Origin: Blepharisma stoltei ATCC 30299
Taxonomy: Eukaryota > Protista > Ciliophora
Length of the DNA: 64,000 nt
NCBI GenBank assembly: GCA_965603825.1
Contig: CBFDEM010000023.1
Location: 248,001 to 312,000 of the forward strand
Direction of reading: 5' to 3'
Position numbers and translations under genes: made by a program
Part shown: piece after piece, positions 10,852 to 22,312 of the stretch
Layout of the letters: each line of letters begins with the position of its first letter
How positions within the stretch are numbered: the first letter of the stretch is position 1
Notes under the pieces: generated by a model
Told to the model about the DNA's origin: nothing
What the model saw: only the letters and a program-made list of their open reading frames with translations
Databases searched by the model: none

Positions 10852-11928
10852 TTATGTATGTGCGTGTTGCCAAAGGACAACAGTGTTATCAAAACTAGAA
10901 GTAGCTAAGTGGATTCCGTCAGGGGAGAGTTCAACTGAAGTCGTTTTATCAGAATGCCCAGGCAAGTTTTGTAGGCTTCGCTCTTCATTAATAATGTCCC
11001 ATAGCATAACATCGCCTCGGTCAGTACCACATATAATGATTCTTCCACTTTTTGAGACTTCTAATGCTTCTACTCCTCGGCCTACATTATAAACTCCCAC
11101 CTCTCTGAGGGCTCTTATGTCGAAGAGTCTTATAAACCCATCAGAAGAGCCTGATAAAAAGGTATTATTAGAATCATGCAAAAATTTGACACAGTTTACA
11201 TCTCCTTGATGAGAATAGGAATTTCCTGACGAATTTTGTTGACGCAAGTCTCAGAGTTTGACAGTTTTATCACAGGAGCCGGTTAGAACTAAATAAGGGT
11301 TAGCTTTGCAAGTGTCGATTGTCATGACATCTTCGGTGTGCTCTTCAAATTTGTGGACTGGCAAATCAGTTTTTGGGAGATCTCAAAGACAAACTGTGGA
11401 ATCGCCTGAGCATGTGACAAGGTTTTTTGGAGTAATAAAGCTTAATGATGATAAATAGCCTTGATGAGCTTGAAATGCCATTAAAGGCTTGTTTTTGCCT
11501 TCGATTTTTTTCTTACGGTTCATTTCAATTTGGAAAATATAGCATTTTCCAATGAAACTTCCAGTAGCGAGCAATTGGCTTGTAGTTTTTTCAAATGCAC
11601 ATGTCATGAGTGTAGGATTTGTGTCTTTAACAACTCATTCACAGGATGGGTTTCCTGTGTATGAATTTCATATGATAACTCGGCCATCACCACTTACAGA
11701 TGCTAAAAATTTTTTAGCTAAATCACCACCAGCTCAGGATAATGAGTAAACTCTATCACCATGAGCTTCTAATTTCAAACTTTCAATAAATAGACATTTG
11801 ATAGGCTGGAGTGCAGATTTATAGTTAGATATAGATATTTTGGGCTGCTTGTCTTCTAATTGAGCTTTTAGTAAATCAATTGAGTGCTCAACAGCTTCTA
11901 TTTTAGAAAGAAGATCACTTGAATCCAT
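10852..11928 (-). CDS. Heterotrimeric G-protein beta subunit-like WD40 protein
   Basis: N-terminal coiled coil, then HGDRVYSLSW, SVSGDGRVIIW, LMTCAF, HQGYLSSL, TCSGDSTVCLWD, HTEDVM, GSCDKTVKLWD, GSSDGFIRLFDIRA; five TGA=W. Confidence 0.82.
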
Positions 11929-13095
11929 TATAATTTCTATTTTATATTTTTAAACATATGAAAATCTTAATTTAATATAATTCAAGCTGAAGACAGAATC
12001 ATAGATTTCTCCTCCGTAATTTGCTTTGCACATATTGCTTTCATTTCCAAAAGCATGATTATGTTTATTGAACAACTTGCCTGATATGGATTCTTGATAA
12101 ATTATATAATTAGATCAATGTTTTGCTCCGCTTTTAGAGCTCAATAAGATCAACCTCTATTGTGCAGAATAGAAAGCTAAACTATCTCTTCAAAATATAA
12201 TCCCTTAGCTCTCCTTCCTAATTGCTTTGGCTTCAAGTCACAGTTTATGCAAAAAATCAGTTATTATAGTTATTAAAAATGATGAAATTCATAATATAAT
12301 AAATGAAATGAATTTTTTATTAAAATTTAAGAGTATTTTATTGCGATGAATACTTTATTTTACCATTTTGATTGATTTTTGAGAGAAAATCTCATCATAA
12401 ATTATTAGGGATTAATTTCTACTGAAAAGTTTAATTTATTAAGTTTTTTAAAATATGCATCTTCATTTATTAGGCACTTTTAAACGATGGTGAGTTGGAT
12501 GAAAAGGTCTAAGGTGACAGGTTAATTAATCCTAGCCAAAGAAAAGTGGATACCATCCTTTTAGAAAATATATACGTTCTATTTATAGAAATAATAAAAA
12601 CTAGTTTAGCGTCTTTATAAAAATTTTGTCAAATTTAATTTAGAGTTAGAATAAAAGTAGGCTATAAAGAATTAGTAGGATTTTTAGGCTAGGTTTAAGC
12701 AAAAATAATTGATTATTGTTCAATTAATATGCTTGATGGTTAAATAAGCTATATTTAACTTTGAAGGCTCTTATGTTGTGATTCTTAAATCAGCAACTTT
12801 ACAATTATTTTCCTCTATTATAGGCGATGCATAATAATACGATATAATGCTGAGCATATACTAACCTTTATTGCTAGTTTTCTATCATTATTTTTAAGAG
12901 CGCTCAAACATTTTGTCTACACTACCTAACCTACTGGAAATTATTAGCTCATAACTTTTTTGTGTGCTGAATCGTTTTAGCTGGTAGAAATTTATATATT
13001 TATATATATAAAGCATGCTAAATTATAATTTTAGAGAGAAAGTCAATAAATATTTAGCGAGCAATTAATTCCATGTAGATTGTAAAAATACTAAA

Positions 13096-13745
13096 ATGGA
13101 AATGAATCGCCCAAGTTTCTCATTGATCATAATTACTGCAGTTGTTTCTATCAATGCTCAAGATGCAGATGGTGACCCTAATAGCGGCGATAATAAAGAC
13201 AATAATAGCGGTGGATCTGTAGCAGGAGGTGTTTGTGGAATAATATTCTTCTTAGCATTTATAGGCATAGTAATATATATAGCTTGAAGACGTAAGAAAG
13301 CTGGAAAAAAGTGCTTATTAAATCGAGATACTCCCTGGTGCTGGGGTGATGAGGATGAAGAAGAAGAGGATCAGACACCAGAAATAGGCAGAATTGATAC
13401 AGCTCCACCAGCAGATAGAGGAAGCATAAATCGGTGGAATAACTTTATATCTGAATCTCAAGGGTTAAGTGAAAGATCTGGCATTCTACAGAATTCAGAA
13501 CGACAAAATTTGCCAGCAGCTAAGAGAGCTAAGCTATAGAAACTGTAATTTGCACAGAATACTTGATTTCCCAACAAAAAGCCTGTTCAATATGCTTAGG
13601 TGATTTTAGCATTCAAGAAAATCTAACAAAAACTGAATGTGACCATTTATTTCATGTTCAATGCTTGAATGAATGAGCAAAGAAATCTCAATATTTAACA
13701 TGCCCAGTTTGTCGTAAAGATATCTCTCAAGGTAATAAATTATAA
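13096..13745 (+). pseudogene. Signal peptide + TM + RING-H2 E3 ligase with one frameshift
   Basis: Frame 1 stops at TAG 13537-13539; RING (CSIC..ECDHLFHVQCLNEW..CPVCR) lies in the -1 frame from about 13533 to TAA 13745; no GT-AG intron repairs it. Confidence 0.7.
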
Positions 13746-14635
13746 ATTTTTTTGTAATTTAATATATAAGCAGCTAATCATATAGGCTATTTAATTATGT
13801 ATTCTGAAATACCCCTTCTTCTTTTCTCACTAGCTGTTTTTCTAGAGAGAGTACTTCTCTGTCTTGCGGCGCTTGTTTTAACTCCTTAGCCTTAACAATG
13901 ATCAATTCTCGTAAGCCTACAATCGCAATTATTTTATAATTTGTCATAATACTTTCTCCAATGAAGGGTCAAATTTAAATCATAATTGGAGCTATGCATA
14001 ATATTAAAATCATTTTTAAAGGTGATTTGCGTCATCAATGACTGTTTTATTAGTGCCTGAATGCTTTGCGATCTATTTTTTCAAATTAATAGATTATAGT
14101 CTTGAGCACAAAACCACAAAAACTCTAAATATTTTATGTAATTGGTAAGTAAATTATACAAAAATATTGATTTTGTAAAATGATTGCATACTGAAAGCTA
14201 AAAATGCATATTGTTGAGTAATCTCCTATTTATAGAAAATTGAAATATTAAGTAATTTGACTCTTAAGCTGATTAGGAGACTAGAAAAGAGCATAAAACT
14301 TGAAAAAGAATTTACAGAATGGATAAAATTTAATTACTTACTTACCCCCCTCCGCAAAATAATTATAATAATTATGATTGAACAACTATTTCAAGGAAAC
14401 AATTGAATATACATGGTTATTACTGTTCTTATAATGATTCTGATTTATCTTATATGCAAATTTAGAAAGGAGAAGATGATGAGCGAGGGGGTGTGATAAG
14501 TGGAATTCAGATAACTAATGTAGCAAAAAATAATGATGAACGCAATAATTCGCTCAAATAAGCAATTAAATCAGACTTCTAATATTAATTTCACATTAGT
14601 AATCTTAAATAATCTTAAACTAATATATTTATAAA

Positions 14636-15522
14636 ATGGAAGAAGAACAATACCCTCTAGTTGAAGAAGAGCTATGCAAGTTTCATTCAATTTCAGATAT
14701 TCCTTTATTTCTTTGCACATTATCAGTTAACTCTACAGAATTTCTTGTTTACAACGTAGAAAATAATAAAATCTGCGCAAGAATTCAAAATCCTGTGCCT
14801 TATAAACTCCAAATTAGGGGAGCTTCTTGTCTAATCAATGGTTCTCAGCTGTTTTGGCTTGGAGGGGCTTCTCAAAATGGCGATATTGTTGGAGCGTGTC
14901 TTCTTATAGATATAAAAGAGCAATCAATTGAAATATTGAGTTCTGGAAAGCCGAGACTTTTGATTACCCCTGTTTTTCTCGAAAACTTTGTTTATGATTT
15001 GGGGGCTCTAAAGGCAATCATGAAAAACAAGCAAGTAGTGATAAGTTTAATTTAAGGAAAAATAAGTGAAAAAGTATAGCAGATATGCCTGAAAGTGCTT
15101 ATCAAACCACCACAGTTGTTTTTGATAGAAAAATTTTAATTGCAGGGCTAGGGTTTGGAAACATATTAGAATATGATCCTGCTAAAAATTCTTATGACAC
15201 AATTTTCAAAATTGCCAAAAAAAAAACAAAATTACTTATTGTAATCCAAGACCAATGCTATCTTTTGAGTATCTATTTTTACTCTTCAGAAATAAATAAT
15301 GCAAAAATATGAAATTGTTTAGGAAGGATAAAGAATATACCACTTTACCCTATCTCAAATATTTGCTATTATAACAATAATATTTTATTCTTCAAAATTA
15401 GCTCACTCATATGTAAGTTTGATATGGAGAATTTGGAATATAGAAAGATTGCAGCGACCTCGGATTCTCTGAATTTCAAGGATAATCTCCAAATTAATAA
15501 AAGTATTTGCATTTTATTTTAA
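14636..15522 (+). pseudogene. Kelch-repeat protein with one frameshift
   Basis: LFWLGG kelch blade; after FVY (about 14995) the -1 frame reads FGGSKG..DKFNLRKNKW..IADMP and runs via TGA 15310 to TAA 15522. Confidence 0.72.
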
Positions 15523-15724
15523 TAATAAGGTAGATAGTGAATTCATAAGATATAGAAGCTTAAAAAATATTTAATGGCATCAAAATTGTAAATTAATTTA
15601 TGTTTATTCACGTGCTCTGCTTTTGTGCTGCAGATATGATTGTCTTATAAATTATTACGATATGATTTTAGTGATATATAAAAGAGCAAGACCTAAATTA
15701 TTCTATAAAAAAGCGAATATAGTT

Positions 15725-15850
15725 TATAAAATACAAATGGAATAAATATCCCAAGCTTTTTATTGATTATTATCACTGCACCTACTCCTGTCAATGCTGA
15801 TGCCAATGATAGCTCTATGCGTGATGGAACAATAGGAGCTATTTATAGAA
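15725..15850 (+). pseudogene. Decayed 5' fragment paralogous to the RING gene at 13096
   Basis: atggaataaatatcccaagctttttattgattattatcactgca..tcaatgct aligns with atggaaatgaatcgcccaagtttctcattgatcataattactgca..tcaatgct; TAA at codon 3. Confidence 0.6.
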
Positions 15851-16675
15851 ATATCTCTCGCCACAACCTTTTATACTATCACTAATTATGAATCCATTCT
15901 AACCATTTGCTTTAATCCTAAATTTCAACTGCAGAAATCTTAGATTTATATTAATCAATCTATAGATTGGCACAGTTACAATATCTGGTGCGCTTATATT
16001 TTTTTAAAGAGCACTGTATTTCCTTTCAGAATATTGATGCTTCTTTTGGTAAAAAATTTAGGGGTAAGAAATTTACCCAATCGATAATATATAATTAATT
16101 AACCTATAAATAAAATCTACAGAAAGTAGATATATTTAAATTTGTGACTTTAGAATTTCTGCAAGCTACTAAAGAGCATTTTTGTTTAAGAAGCCTGATT
16201 TAGTTTCTACAGCCCTGTTCCTAAGCTGCTAAAATTCCATTTTAATTTTTTTGATTTATCTCATCTGATTTAATCCTTTCATTAATTTTGGCATTTTCCC
16301 TTTATACTCACAATGATAAATTAAGTAATAAAGTTTTCAAAAATCTTAAAATATTAAAACAATCAATATCTCTAGGTAATAGATTATTTTTATTTATTTA
16401 TTTTTGCAAATGAACATTCATTTATAAAAACATTAAAACTTAAATTTTAATATTTAAAGTTTGTTGCTAAAATGGCCTAACAAACAGGAGATAAATAAAT
16501 TTTTTAGTTATTTTTAATTATTGACATAAATGGATAATATTTTATAAATTGGAATCCAGAGATTTTAATAATAATCAAAAGACATTCTACCACTTAAAAA
16601 TTTGCTCTAATAAGAATTCATACCATTTTAAATAGATTAGTTTCCATAAAAATCAGTGAATAAATTATAATTACC

Positions 16676-18328
16676 ATGCTTGAAGCTGTGAAAAATTATA
16701 AAAGCTATTTCACAAAAAAATTCGCTTGTGCCGCTATAGAAGAGCTAATCGAAGTCTTCGAAGTTACTACTGAAATTTCTGATAAACTCTACTCCAAACT
16801 GATATGCTGCTTTTGAGACCTTGGGGAAATCATTTTGAACCTCAAAAAACTTGAACGGGCCCGAGACTGAAAATCATGAAAATCCGCTGCTGAAGAACTC
16901 GATCGGCTTGAAGGCAAGGAGCCTTGAAAAAAGCGTGAGCAGAGTCCTCTATATGATTATATATTATTACGCAGAAGACTTAAATTAATTCGAAACCTTC
17001 GTCAACGAAACGATATGAATGCTTTAGTCCATTATCTTCGCTCAGGTCTAGTACGCGGTTTAGGCGGTAGTTTAAACCCAAGTTTGTACTCAAAATCATT
17101 AACTGACACAAAATACTTGATCATGGAGTATCAGGATGAGGTTTGCTCTGCTTTAAAGCATATTTTAAATTCCCCAGACTATCCATTAAAATCCAAACTG
17201 ACCTTTTTTTCTGATTCTCGCTATTCTTTTGGAAAAACTGCTTTTCTTATGAGTGGAGGAGGAGGACTTGGGATTTATCATCTAGGGGTTGTCAAAGCTT
17301 TATATGAGCAGGACTTATTGCCAAAAATAATTGCTGGGACATCAGCTGGATCTATGGTTGCTGCTTTTATAGGCACGACAAAGTGGGAGGAAATTCCAAA
17401 ATGGTTTGAAAAAGGAACTATTAAATATGATGATCAATCAGGCTTAGAGGGAGGACCTTGAATAAAGAAGATTAAAAGACTTTTCAATGATGGGTATTTA
17501 ATGGACATTAAATATTTAGAAAGATTTTTACGAAATACTTTAGGAGAAATCACTTTTGAAGAAGCATATGAGAAGACTGGAACTGTCTTGAACATCACTG
17601 TAAGTGAATCAAGCGACTATAGTGATTACCGTCTTCTTAACTACTTAACAGCCCCACAAGTTCTCGTATGAAGCGCTGTTCTGGCTTCCTGTGCAATTCC
17701 TTATATATTTGAATCAGTAGAACTAGAATGCAAAAATCATATGGGTGAAATAGTTCCATATCATCCTTCAGGGCTAAAATTTATTGATGGGTCAATCAAA
17801 GCTGACCTTCCTACACAAAAAATTGCTGAGCTTTTCAATGTCAATGCATTTATAGTTTCTCAGACAAACCCTTGGATTGTTCCTTTGCTAACACCTGAAG
17901 ATGGAGGAGGAAGCTGAGGTGACACTTTTAATTATAAGCTATTTAGGCTATTAAAAAGAATGCTACTAATGGAGTTCCAGCATAGGGTGCAGCAGCTGAA
18001 TGTGCTTAATTTATGCAACACCTTATCATGATGGCTAGGAATTTTTACTCAGCAGTATCGCGGCCATGTAACAATCTGGCCTATTCCTTCTATCAAAGAT
18101 TATGTAAATATTCTATCAAATCCTACTGATGACGATATCCAAAGATGCATTCGAAAAGGCCAAGTCAGGACTTTTCCCAAAATAAATATGCTGAAATCCA
18201 TCATGGCGATAGAGAAAACATTTGATTCGTGCTTCCAAGAAATCAGAGAAAGGATGCATTTGAAGCCAGTGAAAATCGTTGAAAGTTTAGAAGGAGAAGA
18301 AGAATTCGAAGAGATCATGGAAAATTAA
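16676..18328 (+). CDS. Patatin-like triacylglycerol lipase (SDP1/TGL4-like)
   Basis: [52 protein letters not shown]; multiple TGA=W. Confidence 0.92.
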
Positions 18329-18351
18329 TTAGTTAATCTTGATTTTATTAT

Positions 18352-18609
18352 TTATTCAACTGGTTCTTCGCTCGGGATATCAGGTTTGTCAATGGAGGCC
18401 AGAGTTGAAAGCTCGTCCAGACAATTTTTTATTGGTGCGGCTGTGTCTTTTAGAAATTCTTTCCAAGATCTTATTGATATATTGTATAATAGTTTTGCGT
18501 TATCGTTGATTTCTGTCAAGTTTCTCTCTTCTAAAGTGTATCCAGTTAGATTTAACCTATCAGAATTTTCTCTCATTTCAGATTCATTATTAGCATGGGC
18601 TGCTCTCAT
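18352..18609 (-). CDS. Small hypothetical protein (85 aa)
   Basis: ATG-to-TAA ORF that fills the gap between the lipase and NFU1; no motif recognised. Confidence 0.55.
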   Translation of the reverse strand: MRAAHANNESEMRENSDRLNLTGYTLEERNLTEINDNAKLLYNISIRSWKEFLKDTAAPIKNCLDELSTLASIDKPDIPSEEPVE

Positions 18610-18643
18610 AATTATTACTGGCTATTTAACTTATATTTTAGCC

Positions 18644-19030
18644 TTAAATAACAGCTTCTACTCTTTTGACTTCAGGCAGGTAAAACATCATCATCTTTTC
18701 GATTCCTTCTTTTAATGTGTCATCTTGTGATGGACAATCTGCACAAGACCCCAACATTTTTAGCCTGAGAATTCCGGTTTCTTTGTTAAAGCCCATGTAT
18801 CTTATATCTCCGCCGTCTTCTTTTACATAAGGCCTGACTCTTCCTTCAATAATTTCTTTGATTACTTGTACAGTCTCGCTATTGTCATAAGGCTCATATT
18901 CTTCTGATTCTTCTACCTTTTTGTCTGCAGCTTCATCAGTTGTCATACTTCTTCTTACAGCATTATTAAAATACAGCCGTTTTGATGTGACCAGACTGCT
19001 TATCCATCTTCTTAACAAATAATTTCTCAT
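18644..19030 (-). CDS. NFU1: Mitochondrial NifU-like Fe-S carrier
   Basis: RVRPYVKEDGGDI, LGSCADCPS, TLKEGIEKMMMFYLPEV; Arg-rich presequence. Confidence 0.92.
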   Translation of the reverse strand: MRNYLLRRWISSLVTSKRLYFNNAVRRSMTTDEAADKKVEESEEYEPYDNSETVQVIKEIIEGRVRPYVKEDGGDIRYMGFNKETGILRLKMLGSCADCPSQDDTLKEGIEKMMMFYLPEVKRVEAVI

Positions 19031-19053
19031 ATTAATTATCTATTAAATTAAGT

Positions 19054-22000
19054 CTACCACTTTTTCCCAGCTGCAGGCTTAGCTTTTCCTTGATTTCTGA
19101 TCTTTGTTGATTTTGATGTCCCTGTTGAAGGCTTTTTATCTTTGCTTTTTCCAGCCCAATGCTTTGGATCTTTTACGTTACTTCTTGGCTTAGTGTAAGG
19201 TACAAATACCCCATTCATTCTTAAATATTTATGCTCAATATGTTCTGCTTTGTTTGGGATGGCAGCAATCCAGTCTTCTTTGAGCGTTTTATTTACATTT
19301 GGGAACCAAATTTTGTGGAAAACTTTATCTTTAGGTATCCAAGTGACCAATGTGTTGCTTTTCAAAGTATCTAGGACAAGTTTGACACCTTGGTATTCGC
19401 CATGTGTTAGCATTTTAAGCTTGTGGGCTGCTAACTGTGCATGAGGGAGCATTAACTGCTTATAAAACTGCTTAAACTCGCTTGACCCTTGCTTAACTCC
19501 ATACAAGCATCCTGCAGCTTCTTCAAGATTTGTAGTGCAAGCGAATTCTATTGACCTTTGTTCATACTGTTTGCTGTTCATTTCTGTAATAATTTGATTT
19601 CTATAAGCTTGTGCTTCTCTTATAACGGTCTGTGTATAAACTTTTTGAATAAATTTCAAGGCTTGGTCAGGGTTAAAAATGTCAATATAAGTACCATTGG
19701 CAAATGCATCTTTTCTATCGGAATTCTTTTTGTCTCTTAATGACAGAAAAATCAATGCGAGTTTTTGCTCATTTGTAGTTAGACCAACACTGTCAAGAGT
19801 TGTGTAGGGTGGAATGTTGAATAAGCCCATAGGCTTTAAGGTTCTGTATAGCATACCACCTTTGTTCATGTTTTGGTGGATTCTTTCAATAAATCCTTGA
19901 GCTTTTTGGCTGAGCTCTGTAATGCGACCTGTGAACTCAAAGTCGATTTTTGAATCCTTTTTGGTAGGTGCTCCTCCTGTAGGGGTTTCTATATCCATTT
20001 TAGTGCTTTCTGTAGATTGGACACTATGAAATACTTGTGCGTAATGAGATTCAACACCAAAGAGTTCAGCCTTGACTTGAGCGAGATGGTCTTCCATTTT
20101 AATTCCGAGCATTTTCATAGCAAAATCATGCAGAGGGATATCTTTTTTCATTGAAATTCTCCTTCTAAATTCTTCTTCAAAAACATATGGGAAAATTTCT
20201 GACGCTTGTGGGAAATCCCCATGCGCATATGCGCAGAAAAGCTGAGCAAGAAAGATAGAATTACTCGAAATATTTTCTGGCAGGCGTGATGCAGGATTCG
20301 ATAAGTAATTTGAATGCCACTCTTGCAGATGCTGTATCATTTGGTCACGGTTATCACGATAAATAGCTAAACAAGTGTCTTTTATGAGCTCAAACTGGAA
20401 TGATTGGAACTCAGACTCTGCATCTTCATAGACACGGACAAAAATAGAGAACGGAAATAAGAAAATCTGAATTGGCATGTACCCTAGCACATCAACTGTA
20501 ATGTCCCAGGCAATCATTGGCTTGATACGGAGGCGGGCAATTTGCCAATGGTCTTCGTTTATGTATATCGGCATGACACCATTAATAATTTCATTTGGAA
20601 GGCCTTTTACAAGATTGCTAGCTGGCTTAGGCTCCATCCCATGCTGATAAGCTCTTTCTGCTTGGATGATTTGTCCAGCTTTAGTTTCAAATAATGCAGA
20701 GTCTACAAAGGAGTCTGAAGTGATTACAGTGGTATTCATTTTTTTAATTTTTATTTCTAAAGCGTCACCGAGCAAGTTTTGAGGTCGCTCAAGCTCAAAA
20801 GTGGCGCAGAAACAATCACCATCTATAATCGCTTCTAGCCAGTTTCTAGTTGACAGCACACACTCTCCGTATTTTTCTAATTGCCCTTGGTATTTTTTTT
20901 CTAATTCATCTTTATTGAATCCTTGCACTATTTCACCAATAAGTTTTTCTGATTCATTAAGCATGTCAATGTTTTTGCCGACCTCTCTGGCGATTTTTCG
21001 TTCTAGATTTCTTTTGAGGATGTTTTTATGTGCCAAGTTATTCAATGAGGCAAGCTGGATATTGGAAAGATGAACCCCAGCGCTTTCTCTTAATGTGGTA
21101 TAATAATTCTGCAATAGTTCTCTTGTGGTGGAGAAGAACGGAATACATTGTTTTCTATGAAAAGGTCGAAGATTTTTGGCTTCGTTTTCTAAATAGTCGA
21201 TTCTTGTTTCCATTTCTTGTATCAAAGGCCTGATTTCTACAAGTTTTTGGGCTGCTTTATCGCCTCCAACTTCTAAAATTTGGATGATTTTATTACTAAC
21301 GAAGTTAGTAACTAATAAAACCAAGTCTTTGAATTCTGAAATTTCTCCTCTGTGAGGATCAAGATCATATAGCTGGACATTTGAGCCTCTGTGCACTTCA
21401 ATTTTGCATTCTTCTAAGTCATTTTCACTTATGTAAATGAGGCCTTTCAAATTTCCTGACTCGTCATCTTTTTCTATATCAATTTTATGTGTGGTCATTC
21501 CTCCATGAGAAATGAATCTTGCCCAGGTTGTGGATTCAAAGGCCAGCTCATAAACGTTGTTGACTGCTACTGGAATTCTTCCATTTGGAGGGACATATTG
21601 GAAAGATCCTTTTCTCGTCCCACTTTGTGAAAGTTTAGTCAATAAATTTGCATCGTGATCTCCTGAAAACCCTATAGTATGCATTGCAATGGAAACTCCA
21701 TAATCCTCCATATCCTGCTTAAACTTGTCCATAACTGGAATCAGCTGGGTCAGTCCTTTATTGTCTTGCCCATCTGAAAGCCAGACACAGAAAACGTTTT
21801 TCATTGCCTTTTCAATAATTCTTGTATGAATTTGTTCTATTACTGGGCCAAACAGTGTTCCTCCGGATGCCTTGAGCTTTTCTGCTTTATCATGCATTAA
21901 TTCATACCCTTCATCGTCTGAAGACATTATTTCTAGCTTATTGCTAAATAGATAAGCTGTGATAGGTATTTCTGCTTTGCGGAACTTTTGAATTAGGCTT

Positions 22001-22185
22001 ATCAAAGCTCCTTTTGCATCACGAATTGGGCCACCCGACATTGAGCCACTTTTATCGATGGCAAAAATTGCGTGAAGGCCTTCAGATTCGATTTCTTCTC
22101 CTTGCTTAGCTGGGAGAACGACTCGGAGTGCCATATACTCGCTGACTAAATGTATGAGTTCAGCCTCAATAACTTGGGATTCCAT
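19054..22185 (-). CDS. Large vWA-domain protein (1043 aa)
   Basis: MIDAS DKSGS, GGT, LSDG, HTIGFSGDHDA; long C-terminal region not recognised. Confidence 0.88.
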   Translation of the reverse strand: MESQVIEAELIHLVSEYMALRVVLPAKQGEEIESEGLHAIFAIDKSGSMSGGPIRDAKGALISLIQKFRKAEIPITAYLFSNKLEIMSSDDEGYELMHDKAEKLKASGGTLFGPVIEQIHTRIIEKAMKNVFCVWLSDGQDNKGLTQLIPVMDKFKQDMEDYGVSIAMHTIGFSGDHDANLLTKLSQSGTRKGSFQYVPPNGRIPVAVNNVYELAFESTTWARFISHGGMTTHKIDIEKDDESGNLKGLIYISENDLEECKIEVHRGSNVQLYDLDPHRGEISEFKDLVLLVTNFVSNKIIQILEVGGDKAAQKLVEIRPLIQEMETRIDYLENEAKNLRPFHRKQCIPFFSTTRELLQNYYTTLRESAGVHLSNIQLASLNNLAHKNILKRNLERKIAREVGKNIDMLNESEKLIGEIVQGFNKDELEKKYQGQLEKYGECVLSTRNWLEAIIDGDCFCATFELERPQNLLGDALEIKIKKMNTTVITSDSFVDSALFETKAGQIIQAERAYQHGMEPKPASNLVKGLPNEIINGVMPIYINEDHWQIARLRIKPMIAWDITVDVLGYMPIQIFLFPFSIFVRVYEDAESEFQSFQFELIKDTCLAIYRDNRDQMIQHLQEWHSNYLSNPASRLPENISSNSIFLAQLFCAYAHGDFPQASEIFPYVFEEEFRRRISMKKDIPLHDFAMKMLGIKMEDHLAQVKAELFGVESHYAQVFHSVQSTESTKMDIETPTGGAPTKKDSKIDFEFTGRITELSQKAQGFIERIHQNMNKGGMLYRTLKPMGLFNIPPYTTLDSVGLTTNEQKLALIFLSLRDKKNSDRKDAFANGTYIDIFNPDQALKFIQKVYTQTVIREAQAYRNQIITEMNSKQYEQRSIEFACTTNLEEAAGCLYGVKQGSSEFKQFYKQLMLPHAQLAAHKLKMLTHGEYQGVKLVLDTLKSNTLVTWIPKDKVFHKIWFPNVNKTLKEDWIAAIPNKAEHIEHKYLRMNGVFVPYTKPRSNVKDPKHWAGKSKDKKPSTGTSKSTKIRNQGKAKPAAGKKW

Positions 22186-22312
22186 ATTACCTAAAGATCA
22201 GTATATAGTGCTTATATAGAGATATCAGCCAATAAAAACAATGAAAACTAAATAAATTCGGTTAATTTAATATCATAATATCTATCTAATTTAAACAGGA
22301 AATGATAATATA

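Noticed and set aside
13545-13557. gtaatttgcacag as an intron rescuing the RING gene
   Set aside because: Only 13 nt and downstream of the TAG
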